A DNA stretch of 32,000 nucleotides from Candidatus Methylomirabilis oxygeniifera (lineage in GTDB: Bacteria > Methylomirabilota > Methylomirabilia > Methylomirabilales > Methylomirabilaceae), in contig FP565575.1 in NCBI GenBank assembly GCA_000091165.1, forward strand, positions 930,001 through 962,000. Direction: 5' to 3'. The notes under the pieces are model-generated. The model worked only from the letters and a program-made list of their open reading frames with translations. It did no database searches and was not told the DNA's origin. A program made the translations under genes and the position numbers. This document shows, piece after piece, positions 7,881 to 16,485 of this stretch. How positions within the stretch are numbered: the stretch's first letter is position 1; each line of letters starts with the position of its first letter.

Positions 7881-9419
7881 CTATTCCTCGTCCTCGTCTT
7901 CGTCCTCATCGTCCGGAGAACCGATGCTCGGGTCCACGTACATGGCGAGCAACTGTCCGCCCTGTACCAGCGCCGGATCGGAGTGAGCGAAATGGGCCTG
8001 GGCATCGAGCAGAAACCATCCATTCCCGAGGATCTGGTGTGCATCGATGATCCCGGAGGATTCTTCATCGGTCGTGAGGGCGGGCGGGGCCGGCGGCGCA
8101 AAGAAGGCAGGGTCGTGTGCCGCGACCTCGATCAGTTGGCCACTGTTGGTGCTATACAACCAGATCTTTCCGAGCGGATCCTGCCTGCCGATATCCTCTT
8201 GCATCAGAAGGCGGCCGCGCCGGTCCATGGTGATATTATCGAGCATCTTGTGACCCTCGCTGCCGCTCAACAGAATCTCGATGGTTCCGCCGTGTTCCGG
8301 GTGTTCGATATCATTGAAGCGCAGTCTCCACAGTCGGCTGTTTGTCGAGAAGCTCGCAGTCGTCACAAAGTAGAAATCGTTCTCGTGGCCTGGTCGGGGG
8401 TCCCACACCCCGTCCTCGAGCCGCTGCATCCGGAAGACGTCGGCGGCGATAGCGGCGTCCTGAAGCTGTGTCTCGGTCAACCCGGAAACATCTCCGAAGC
8501 TGTGGAGGCTGAAGGTGCCTGACCCGACATAGTTGCCTCCGCTCCCGAGTCCGTCGGTGTTGCTTTCCTCGGTGACTGTGGTCCCGTTGACCGCCACCTT
8601 CATGCCGAACAGGCCGCCGTTCGTGAGCCCCGCGCGTTCCACAGGAGTACCGTGATTCGTCTTCATGCCGATATAGACATACAGCTCGCTTGGAACATTG
8701 GGCGGAATCGGGCTTGTGCTGGCATCGGCATCGTCCAGCCCGATGACGACGGTCTTTGACTGCCGATGCGGACTGGCGACCACGTTTTCGAACGCCATGC
8801 GTCCGAGACGCGGCAACTGCCAGGACTGACCCTTATGGGGCCCGGTGGCGATATGAGCCCACGCCGTTCCGTTGTTCGTCTCCTCGCCGTTGAGATAGAG
8901 GCGATCCCGTGTACCCTTCCCTCGGGCGAAGAACGCCTTCTGAGGCGCTAAGTCCGCCGAGCAGAAGCGATTCCAGGCGACCGTCCCTTGCGCGTATCGG
9001 CTGCTCACCGGATCCCAGGAGTAGACGTCGCTTGATGACGGTGTTTGATCCTCGCCCTTCAAGACCTCTAGTGTTTTCCGCTTGATCTCCCAGCGGGATA
9101 CGAACGCGCCCGGCGACCCATGGGCACGGACGACGCCCGCTGTTGCGCCCAGTTCGTGGTTCACCAATAGCGTGAATGTCCGGTGACCGCTCTTGAAGGC
9201 ACCCAGTCCATCCGGGATGCCTACCAGGGAATACCCGCCAATGGTGTCGCCGACGGTCAGCACCGAGATCGTCTCGACCCCAGGCATTGAGGGAAGGACA
9301 TACGGGGCTGTGGTTGTGCTCGGTCCGATGCTTTGCGCTGAAGCGACGCAGGCAGTCGTTGCCACGCATCCGAGAACCAACGCGGCTCGAGCAAGCTCTT
9401 TTCCAACCCTGTTCGACAT
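7881..9419 (-). CDS. secreted DUF839/PhoX-like protein with poly-acidic C-terminus
   Basis: Start ATG 9417-9419 with TAGGAGG RBS; signal-peptide-like N-terminus; LLVNHELG, RLYLNGEET, NGGLFGMKV; ends DDEDEDEDEE. Confidence 0.7.
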   Translation of the reverse strand: MSNRVGKELARAALVLGCVATTACVASAQSIGPSTTTAPYVLPSMPGVETISVLTVGDTIGGYSLVGIPDGLGAFKSGHRTFTLLVNHELGATAGVVRAHGSPGAFVSRWEIKRKTLEVLKGEDQTPSSSDVYSWDPVSSRYAQGTVAWNRFCSADLAPQKAFFARGKGTRDRLYLNGEETNNGTAWAHIATGPHKGQSWQLPRLGRMAFENVVASPHRQSKTVVIGLDDADASTSPIPPNVPSELYVYIGMKTNHGTPVERAGLTNGGLFGMKVAVNGTTVTEESNTDGLGSGGNYVGSGTFSLHSFGDVSGLTETQLQDAAIAADVFRMQRLEDGVWDPRPGHENDFYFVTTASFSTNSRLWRLRFNDIEHPEHGGTIEILLSGSEGHKMLDNITMDRRGRLLMQEDIGRQDPLGKIWLYSTNSGQLIEVAAHDPAFFAPPAPPALTTDEESSGIIDAHQILGNGWFLLDAQAHFAHSDPALVQGGQLLAMYVDPSIGSPDDEDEDEDEE

Positions 9420-9693
9420 GTGATCATACCTCCTATTGAGAAGTTGATGTCCACACCCCGATGACAACATGTAACACACATGCTGCGGAGTATGGCGTAT
9501 CCTAACCCCCCCTTATGTCCGTGTGATGACATGGGAGTAAAAAGCGTGTTACAAGTTCCAGCCCGACAGACGTGTGTCGGTAGGAATTTACACCGGAGAA
9601 ACCCGGTCGTAACAGACGCGTCACAACAACACCCTACTGTTTGAGCAAAGAAGGTATCTGCAGACCGTTATTCAACCGAACCGAGGTGTCACG

Positions 9694-11526
9694 ATGAAAC
9701 ACGTTCAGTCTCTCGAACTACTTCATGCAAGCCTCCATATACGCGAACCCCTGGAGCTTCGTGAACGTCTGGATCGGATCATGCGGACCGCGCGGGATAT
9801 TTTAGGGCTACGACGCCTGACCCTGTTCCTCGCCGATCCTGAAGGGTTGTGTCTGCGTACAGTAGCCAGTACGGCCTTGAGCCCGGGATCACGGCCGATT
9901 CCGCTGACCGACTCGGAGAATCCCGTCGTACGGGCCTATAGTGCTCATGCGCCGGTGTTCTGGAATCCACAGATGCCGACTACCCGGGCGATTCGACTGC
10001 AGCCGCCTTATGATCACCCTGTCGGGCTACCCTCCGACGGGTTCCTCAACCTCCCACTCATTGTGCAGGGACGAGTGATCGGCGTTCTGGGTGTTGAGCA
10101 TCCGGAGGGGGGCTGGATCCTGGACCGTGAGACGATCCAACTGATGGAGTTGTTTGCCGCTCAGGCGGCGACGGCTATCGAACACGCCCGTCTCTATGAG
10201 GAGGCAAGACGGATAGCAGCAGAACTGCAACAAAAGGTCGAAGCCCTTGCGCAGGCCGACGCAGCGCTCGTGGAGTCGGTACGGCTCCGCGCCATGGGCC
10301 AGATGGCCTCCGGCGTGGCGCATGATTTTAATAATATTCTGAACTCGATCCTGGGGCAGGTGCAGCTCCTGCAGACGCGTTTCGCGCAGGGATCTGTCCA
10401 TGCGGCAACAATCAAGGAGACGCTGCGGCTGCTGGAAGCGGCGGCCCTCGATGGGGCTGAGATTGTCCGCAAACTCCGTGAATTCACACGACCTGCTGAG
10501 GAGGAGGCGTTTGTGCCGATGGCCCTCGATAAGGTGATCGAGCAAGTGCTGGACACGACCAGGCCTCGTTGGAAGGACCAGGCTGAGGCCAGCGGTCGTC
10601 GCTTTCGGATTGTGACTGAGTGTGCATCTGTTCCCCCTATTCTCGGAAATGCCTCGGAACTCCGGGCGGTCGTCACCAACCTGTTGTTCAATGCCTTGGA
10701 TGCGATGCCGCAGGGGGGAACTGTAACCATTACGCTACGACATGTTCAGAGGGGTGGGGAGACCGCTCAACGAGCGGAAGGATTGATCGTGAATGGCGAG
10801 TGGGGTGAGAAGAGACGTCGATCTGAACGTGGAGGAGTCGTCCTGTTTACGATGACGGATACTGGAGTGGGAATTCCTGACAGTGTCAAAGCGCGTATCT
10901 TTGACCCATTCTTTACGACGAAGGGTACACGGGGGACCGGACTTGGTCTCAGCATGGTTCACGGAATCGTTCGCCGCCACCGTGGTGAGATTCTGGTAGC
11001 CAGCGAGGAGAGGCGTGGCACAACTATCACGATCTCCCTGCCGATTGCTGTAGACATTCCAACGGTTGTCATGTCCGAGGCGACTGCGCTGCCGAGCGTA
11101 CCATACTGCGCACGGATTTTAGTCATCGATGATGATCCGCTTGGTGTGGACGTCCTGATGGCTTTCTTGCAGACGCTTGGCCATGAGGCCGTAGTGGCGA
11201 CGGGAGGACCGGAGGGTCTTCGACTGTTGGAGACGAACAAGTTCGATCTACTTCTGACCGATCTGGGTATGCCGGAGATGTCGGGGTGGGATGTGGCCCA
11301 GGCGGCCAAGACCCGTCTCCCCAGCCTCCCCGTTGTCCTCGTCACCGGATGGGGGGATCATATCGATCCGTCGAGACTCGCGGGGACCGGAGTTGACGTG
11401 GTGCTGACCAAGCCGTACACGCTCTCGGACCTTGGTACCGGATTGAGCAAGGCCTGGGGCGCGTCCACAGTAGAGCCGAGACGGGGTTACAACGTAGCGA
11501 GATGTAACGAAACGTGTGAGGTGTGA
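9694..11526 (+). CDS. hybrid sensor histidine kinase (GAF-HisKA-HATPase-REC)
   Basis: GAF-like N-terminus, GVAHDFNNILNSILGQVQLL, TDTGVGIP, GTGLGLSMVHGIVRRH, receiver RILVIDDDPLG...LLLTDLGMPEMSGWD. Confidence 0.92.
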   Translation: MKHVQSLELLHASLHIREPLELRERLDRIMRTARDILGLRRLTLFLADPEGLCLRTVASTALSPGSRPIPLTDSENPVVRAYSAHAPVFWNPQMPTTRAIRLQPPYDHPVGLPSDGFLNLPLIVQGRVIGVLGVEHPEGGWILDRETIQLMELFAAQAATAIEHARLYEEARRIAAELQQKVEALAQADAALVESVRLRAMGQMASGVAHDFNNILNSILGQVQLLQTRFAQGSVHAATIKETLRLLEAAALDGAEIVRKLREFTRPAEEEAFVPMALDKVIEQVLDTTRPRWKDQAEASGRRFRIVTECASVPPILGNASELRAVVTNLLFNALDAMPQGGTVTITLRHVQRGGETAQRAEGLIVNGEWGEKRRRSERGGVVLFTMTDTGVGIPDSVKARIFDPFFTTKGTRGTGLGLSMVHGIVRRHRGEILVASEERRGTTITISLPIAVDIPTVVMSEATALPSVPYCARILVIDDDPLGVDVLMAFLQTLGHEAVVATGGPEGLRLLETNKFDLLLTDLGMPEMSGWDVAQAAKTRLPSLPVVLVTGWGDHIDPSRLAGTGVDVVLTKPYTLSDLGTGLSKAWGASTVEPRRGYNVARCNETCEV

Positions 11527-11642
11527 CACCGTAGAGCGGAAAACAGCGCGCCCTTGGACCGTCATACTGGAGGCGCGCCCCTTGTGCCCAGTACAAACGG
11601 GTTGCAAGGGTATTTTGTGAGACATCACACGAGCAGCCCCCT

Positions 11643-12599
11643 CTAGGCGATTTGCGCTGCCAATCCGACCTCCAGCCCGTTTCCCGATGTCGGCCGGAAG
11701 TCAGGGCGGGTAAGATCCATCTCGACCTGCGCGGGATTGCCCCAATCGCTCCAGTAGACGTCTTTTACCCGTTTTACCGCGAGGCGAGGAGGATGCTGAG
11801 CCAAAATCGCTCGCGAGAAATCCACCGGCGGCAGCTTGGCGTAGACGCTTTCGACGGCCTCAGCTTCTCTCGGAGACCCGATGAGGGGCTCTAAGCCATC
11901 AAAGAGATTGAAGAGTCCCGGCGTCAGCGTCTTGAAAAGGCTGATCAACCACCAGGCTCGTCCGATTGCAACCATCGTGTTCCACAAGCAATCGTATCGG
12001 CGGTAGAGGATCTGGGCCGTGCGGCGGTCGGGCTTCTCCCAAAATCGTCGTACGTGATGGACCTCCGCATGGTCATGGTATCCGGAAATACCATCTGTCT
12101 CAATCCAGCCATACTCGGGTTCCGGTCGCTTCGGTTCGACCCCTAAGAGGACGAGACAACCGGGGGCTGTAGCGACAAAGGCGGCAACCTCCTCGACATG
12201 CGACATGAACCGCTCCTCCTCAGCGATGAAGTGGTCGGCCGGCAGTAAGACCACGACAGCCTTCGGATCTTGCCGGTAGACATGCAACAGCGGCAGCAGG
12301 ATGCCCGGCCCCGTCTCCCGGTTGCTAGGCTGGACGATAACGGCGCCCGGAGGGCGGTCATGGAGCTCTTCGCGAGCATAATCAAGGTGCGGGCGGGTCA
12401 CGACGGTCAGGAGACGCTCAGGCGGGATGAGCCGCTCGGCACGATACAGCGTGTGCCGGAGCATTGAACGGCTGCCGAAAAGTGTACAGTACTGCTTTGG
12501 CCGATCAGAACCGAAACGCGACCGGATGAAGGGCCGAAGCCTCTTGCCCTCGCCGCCTGCCAGGATAATGCCCCAAAGATGATCGGTTATTCCAGACAT
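11643..12599 (-). CDS. mannose-1-phosphate guanylyltransferase-like nucleotidyltransferase
   Basis: WGIILAGGEGKRLRPFI...RPKQYCTLFG; VVLLPADHFI; GWIETD; RFWEKP. Confidence 0.85.
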   Translation of the reverse strand: MSGITDHLWGIILAGGEGKRLRPFIRSRFGSDRPKQYCTLFGSRSMLRHTLYRAERLIPPERLLTVVTRPHLDYAREELHDRPPGAVIVQPSNRETGPGILLPLLHVYRQDPKAVVVLLPADHFIAEEERFMSHVEEVAAFVATAPGCLVLLGVEPKRPEPEYGWIETDGISGYHDHAEVHHVRRFWEKPDRRTAQILYRRYDCLWNTMVAIGRAWWLISLFKTLTPGLFNLFDGLEPLIGSPREAEAVESVYAKLPPVDFSRAILAQHPPRLAVKRVKDVYWSDWGNPAQVEMDLTRPDFRPTSGNGLEVGLAAQIA

Positions 12600-12671
12600 A
12601 TCCTCTCCTCCTTTTCTCCATGCGAGTATTCAAGAGTCAGTGTGAGTTCAAGGATCGGTGATGTGTGCCGA

Positions 12672-12751
12672 ACGTCTCTCTCATGACTATGAGGAAGATA
12701 ACCGGGGAATGTTGCCGTGAAATGAAGGGGTGATGACGAAGGGGTAAATTC
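12672..12751 (-). promoter_or_regulatory. 80-bp repeated upstream element, copy A
   Basis: Gapless alignment to 14989..15068; includes CGGGGAATGTTGCCGT.AAATGAAGG.GT..TGACGAAG.GGTAAATTC; 72 bp upstream of the minus-strand gene starting at 12599. Confidence 0.6.
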
Positions 12752-12774
12752 TGTCGGGTGGATCAGACCAACAC

Positions 12775-14364
12775 TTACGAGCGGACAACGGCCTCTCGCG
12801 GCCAGTCCCGCTTCTCGGGTAGTGTGACAAACAGCGAGACCATGGTCCGCACGCCGATCGAGCGGATCAGGTTTACCATCAGGGCGAGGTAGCCGACCAA
12901 CAGAACCGCGCCGAAGCAGGCCGCCAGATACATCTCGCTGAGGTAGGAGGCATCACCAATGTACAGGGTCCGGCGCAACATCCCGTCGAGTCCGGCAAAC
13001 CCCATCGCCACCGACATGCCGATCCCCCCGAGCATCTGGCACCAGAAATGAATGTTGGACAGGACCATGCTCTTGATTTCGCGCTTGGTCACCAGCGGGA
13101 AGATCATATAGAGCGCGGCGAACAGGGTGCAGGAGAGCCCGACCAGGATTTGCATGTGGGCATGGGCGCCGATCACCCACTGGGTGTTGTGCAGGACGCG
13201 GTTCATCCCCAGGTCGGCCTGCAGGATGCCGGCCGGCACTCCAAGGCCGAATCCGACGATCCCGCCCAACAGGAACTTGAGCGGCATCGTCATCGTGAGG
13301 GGGCGCGCCTGCCAGAGCGTGGCCAGAGTGCAGAAGACGGCGATCCCGGAGGTCACCAGCTCGAAGGCGGTGATCAGCTCACCCGAGAGGAGTTTCATCC
13401 ACCCGGGCTGCGTCTGGTCTGAGAGCAGATGGTGGCTCCAGACGAACCAGGAGACCACCAGCTCCACGAAGAGGGCGGCGCGGGCGATGTGCTGCATGTA
13501 GAGCGGTCGACCCGTCAGCAGCATGGCCAGCAGGTACCAGGACCCCGCCACGTAGATCAGCACCAGCCCGTCGGCGATCAGGTCCAGCCCCCACCAGTAG
13601 ACATTCTTGTACAGTAGGGCGTCGAACCAGGTCGTGGGCAGCGCGACCCCGTTCAATCCGTACACGGCGTAGACCACGAAGATCAGGCAGATCCCTCCCA
13701 GCACGACGGCATCCAGGACCGTGTCGATCGTACCGCGAAAGATTGCGACAATCGGCAGGGGAACGTCGGGATGCTTGGTCTTCTGGCGGCCCCTGGCGAC
13801 GTGATAGAGGTTGACCCACCCATCGAGGCCGAGGCTGGAGACCAGCAAGGCGGAGACGGGCTTATGTTCCGGTTTTCGGTGGAACACCGTGGCGAAGAGG
13901 TTGAAGCAGAAGAGCAGGATCGCGACCATGATGGTCAACATGCCGACAGCGTACACCAGGAGGCTCACCGGCTTGGAGGCCGTCACCGGCAGCGGCCAGT
14001 AGTTGGTGTAGAGCGCCGAATGCAAGAAGAGGGCGCTGCTCACCCAGACGCTGAGCACCCCGGCAGCCATGAGCCGCCAGGTCCACTCAGCCGCCCGGAC
14101 GCTGTAGAGGTCCTTCTTAAGCAGCGTCGGGACCAGGAAGGAGAAGGCGCCCATGACGAGCATGAAGCTGTAGCCGAAAATCCCCACGATGGGGTGGGCG
14201 TTCAGTACGGCGTAAAAGTGCTCGGGCTCGAGCAGCGGCATGTTGGCCAGCGCGGTCCGCATCATCATCCCCTCCAGCGTGGCGAGTCCGTAGAAGAGCA
14301 GGGCGATGACGGCGAACCGCAGGGTCACGTGCTGCAGCGGCGTGAGATCGCGAAGCGACACCAT
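12775..14364 (-). CDS. heme-copper oxidoreductase subunit I, NO-reductase-like, with Asp in place of the helix-VI CuB/FeB His
   Basis: Start ATG 14362-14364 with TAGGAGG RBS; NAHPIVGIFGYSF, WWGLDLIADGLVL, VWSHHLLSDQ, LHNTQWVIGAHAHMQILVG. Confidence 0.88.
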   Translation of the reverse strand: MVSLRDLTPLQHVTLRFAVIALLFYGLATLEGMMMRTALANMPLLEPEHFYAVLNAHPIVGIFGYSFMLVMGAFSFLVPTLLKKDLYSVRAAEWTWRLMAAGVLSVWVSSALFLHSALYTNYWPLPVTASKPVSLLVYAVGMLTIMVAILLFCFNLFATVFHRKPEHKPVSALLVSSLGLDGWVNLYHVARGRQKTKHPDVPLPIVAIFRGTIDTVLDAVVLGGICLIFVVYAVYGLNGVALPTTWFDALLYKNVYWWGLDLIADGLVLIYVAGSWYLLAMLLTGRPLYMQHIARAALFVELVVSWFVWSHHLLSDQTQPGWMKLLSGELITAFELVTSGIAVFCTLATLWQARPLTMTMPLKFLLGGIVGFGLGVPAGILQADLGMNRVLHNTQWVIGAHAHMQILVGLSCTLFAALYMIFPLVTKREIKSMVLSNIHFWCQMLGGIGMSVAMGFAGLDGMLRRTLYIGDASYLSEMYLAACFGAVLLVGYLALMVNLIRSIGVRTMVSLFVTLPEKRDWPREAVVRS

Positions 14365-14374
14365 GATCGACCTC

Positions 14375-14932
14375 CTATCTCTGAGCGACCATCTGAGCTG
14401 ATGCGACCTCGATCGTGTGCCTGGCGTGCATCTGCCAAGTGTGGGGTCCGGCGTACTCCGTGGAGCGGATCGAGTACCGGCCGGGTTCGGAGAAGACCCA
14501 GACGAGGTCATTGTCATGACCCGGGACGACCTGCATCTGAAACTCCATCCGCCCGTTCTCGCGGAAGACGCCGAAGCCGTAGGTCAGGTCTTCGGACCGG
14601 ACCCGGAAGCGCACGAGTTCCCCCTGTGTGATCCTGATGCCTTCGTCGGGGAGGTGAAACTGATGGTCTTGGACGGTGACGGCGATGTCCCGGTCTGGAG
14701 TCAGACGGGCACGCTGCAATTCCCACCGGACCCACGGGACCTGCCAGGCGGTCAGCAGGTGGAAGGCGATCGACACGCTCACCAGGCAGCCGATCCACCC
14801 ATAGAACGGCATCTTCGCCATCCACGACGACTGTCGCCCAGACGTCAATCCGCGTACATAGCCCCACATCATCGAGAGCACGGTCATCACCATGACCGAG
14901 TAAAAGCCTTTCACGAGCAGTGCGAGCGGCAT
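14375..14932 (-). CDS. heme-copper oxidoreductase subunit II-like protein lacking CuA ligands
   Basis: Start ATG 14930-14932 with AAAGGAGG RBS; cupredoxin-like DLTYGFGVFRENGRMEFQMQVVPGHDNDLVWVFSEPGRYSIRSTEYAGPHTWQM; 10 bp upstream of subunit I. Confidence 0.82.
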   Translation of the reverse strand: MPLALLVKGFYSVMVMTVLSMMWGYVRGLTSGRQSSWMAKMPFYGWIGCLVSVSIAFHLLTAWQVPWVRWELQRARLTPDRDIAVTVQDHQFHLPDEGIRITQGELVRFRVRSEDLTYGFGVFRENGRMEFQMQVVPGHDNDLVWVFSEPGRYSIRSTEYAGPHTWQMHARHTIEVASAQMVAQR

Positions 14933-14988
14933 TGGCACACCTCCTTTCCCTTCATTTCCGGTGCACACCCTGGTAGCGTCAAGCCCCA

Positions 14989-15068
14989 AAGTCTCTCTTA
15001 TGACTAATGGAAGCATAGTCGGGGAATGTTGCCGTCAAATGAAGGAGTCGTGACGAAGAGGTAAATTC
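14989..15068 (-). promoter_or_regulatory. 80-bp repeated upstream element, copy B
   Basis: Gapless match to 12672..12751; 56 bp upstream of the subunit II start at 14932. Confidence 0.6.
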
Positions 15069-15093
15069 GAGACTTTTTCGGCGAGAGGCGTAG

Positions 15094-15119
15094 GTCGGGT
15101 TAGCGTCGCGTAACCCGAC
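15094..15119. repeat. dispersed GTCGGGTTA...TAACCCGAC palindromic repeat
   Basis: GTAGGTCGGGTTAGCGTCGCGTAACCCGACA; 9-bp perfect inverted repeat with 8-nt loop. Confidence 0.75.
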
Positions 15120-15325
15120 AACCCGGCCCCACTCCGTATCCCTCTTTGCGCAAGAGGAGGCCAGGGAGGAAATTCTGTGGAGTTGAGAACTGATCGTTGG
15201 GTATTTCTCGACGATGGCGTATCTCCGATGAGGCTATCTTGCATTTGCTCCGCCCTTTAGGTACAGTCATAGAATGATTGCTTGAGAGACCGATGCAATG
15301 AAGAGAATGCCCGAAGGAGTCTGAG

Positions 15326-15658
15326 ATGGAGGCTGAACTTCTGCAGCGCGAACCGAGGCTTGCCGAGATCGTGCGTCGGCTGATCGAGGCTTGCCGACCC
15401 GAGCGTATCTATCTTTTCGGATCGAAAGCACGCGGCGAAGCCGGACCGGATAGTGACTACGACATTATGGTGATCGTCTCCGACTCTTCCGAGCCGTCGT
15501 ACCGACGGGCACAGCACGCCTACCTCGCGCTTCGTGGAATCAATACGGCCGTCGATGTGCTCGTCTGGACACGCGAGGCTTTTGACCGCCGCCTGCACCT
15601 GCGAGCGTCGTTTCCGTCGACCATCATGCGTGAAGGGAAGCTGCTGTATGCCGCGTGA
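15326..15658 (+). CDS. minimal nucleotidyltransferase (MNT) domain protein, putative antitoxin/partner
   Basis: YLFGSKARGEAGPDSDYDIMVIV motif (GSxARGxxxxxSDxD). Confidence 0.85.
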   Translation: MEAELLQREPRLAEIVRRLIEACRPERIYLFGSKARGEAGPDSDYDIMVIVSDSSEPSYRRAQHAYLALRGINTAVDVLVWTREAFDRRLHLRASFPSTIMREGKLLYAA

Positions 15659-16061
15659 TGCGCAGCAAATCGAAGATACCCGGGCGTGGCTCACGAAGGC
15701 GGCGCTCGACTTACGGGCCGGCGAGGGAGATCTGACCTTGGAACCCCCGATTCCAGAAGACGCGATGTTCCATGCCCAGCAGGCGGCGGAGAAGGTCCTG
15801 AAGGCTTTTCTGGCCTGGTACGATGAACCGTTTCGGAAGACGCACGATCTTCGAGAGTTGGGTAGACAGTGCGTGCGTATAGACCCAGCGCTCGATACCG
15901 CCTGCTCGAAAGCTGAGGCGCTTACTCCCTTTGCCTGGCAGTTCCGCTATCCGGAAGAGCCGTCAGCGCCAAGTATCCAAGAGGCAAAGGAGGCCCTCGC
16001 GCTCGCTCGTGAAGTCTACGAGACTATCCTCGGCCGCTTACCCGAGGAGGTGCGACCATGA
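15648..16061 (+). CDS. HEPN-domain protein (PF05168-like)
   Basis: FHAQQAAEKVLKAFLAWYDEPFRKTHDLREL; overlaps the end of the MNT gene; start inferred within ORF 15534..16061. Confidence 0.82.
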   Translation: MPRDAQQIEDTRAWLTKAALDLRAGEGDLTLEPPIPEDAMFHAQQAAEKVLKAFLAWYDEPFRKTHDLRELGRQCVRIDPALDTACSKAEALTPFAWQFRYPEEPSAPSIQEAKEALALAREVYETILGRLPEEVRP

Positions 16062-16169
16062 ATCAATCCGGATTCTCTGGCCGTACGGTCGGGTCTTGCA
16101 TTGGACCTCGCACATCTATTCTCCTTGTAGCGGCAACATCAGCTCCCTCCGATAAGGCGCTTGTGGGAA

Positions 16170-16469
16170 AATAGGGACAGACACTAGTATCGTGCCAATT
16201 CGTGGTGTTCGCGGTCATGATCGTGCATGCCACGGATTACCCGAACTGTTGCGTTCGGCTACCGGTATCGTGTGACGCAACGAGGGAATGATCGCCAAGC
16301 GGTCTTTCGGAACGACAGAGATCCGAATGCGCACGATGACAGAACGGCCACTGCGAAGAGACGGACTCATCTGGGACATTTGGGAGATACGCAGGAAGCT
16401 GGACGAGTAATTCACGTGTTGCAGAGGGGAAGACCAAGAACGGATTTTTAAATAGTGTCTGTCCCTATT
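16170..16469 (+). mobile_element. internally deleted RAYT (REP-associated tyrosine transposase) remnant, 300 bp
   Basis: AATAGGGACAGACACTA (16170..16186) is the perfect reverse complement of TAGTGTCTGTCCCTATT (16453..16469); between them is the RAYT-like N-terminus MPRITRTVAFGYRYRVTQRGNDRQAVFRNDRD, then out-of-place sequence. Confidence 0.8.
16227..16451 (+). pseudogene. truncated/frameshifted transposase IS200-like (Y1) fragment
   Basis: Only the N-terminal about 32 aa resemble RAYT; no catalytic HUH/Tyr region remains. Confidence 0.75.
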
Positions 16470-16485
16470 ATTCGTATTCGTACTG

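Noticed and set aside
10027-10730. Overlapping minus-strand ORFs within the hybrid kinase
   Set aside because: Antisense shadow ORFs of a well-supported plus-strand kinase.
13048-14002. Plus-strand ORFs antisense to HCO subunit I
   Set aside because: No domain similarity; subunit I is supported by transmembrane and heme-ligand motifs.
16215-16415. Minus-strand 66-aa ORF in the RAYT remnant
   Set aside because: Complement of the degraded transposase; no independent coding support.
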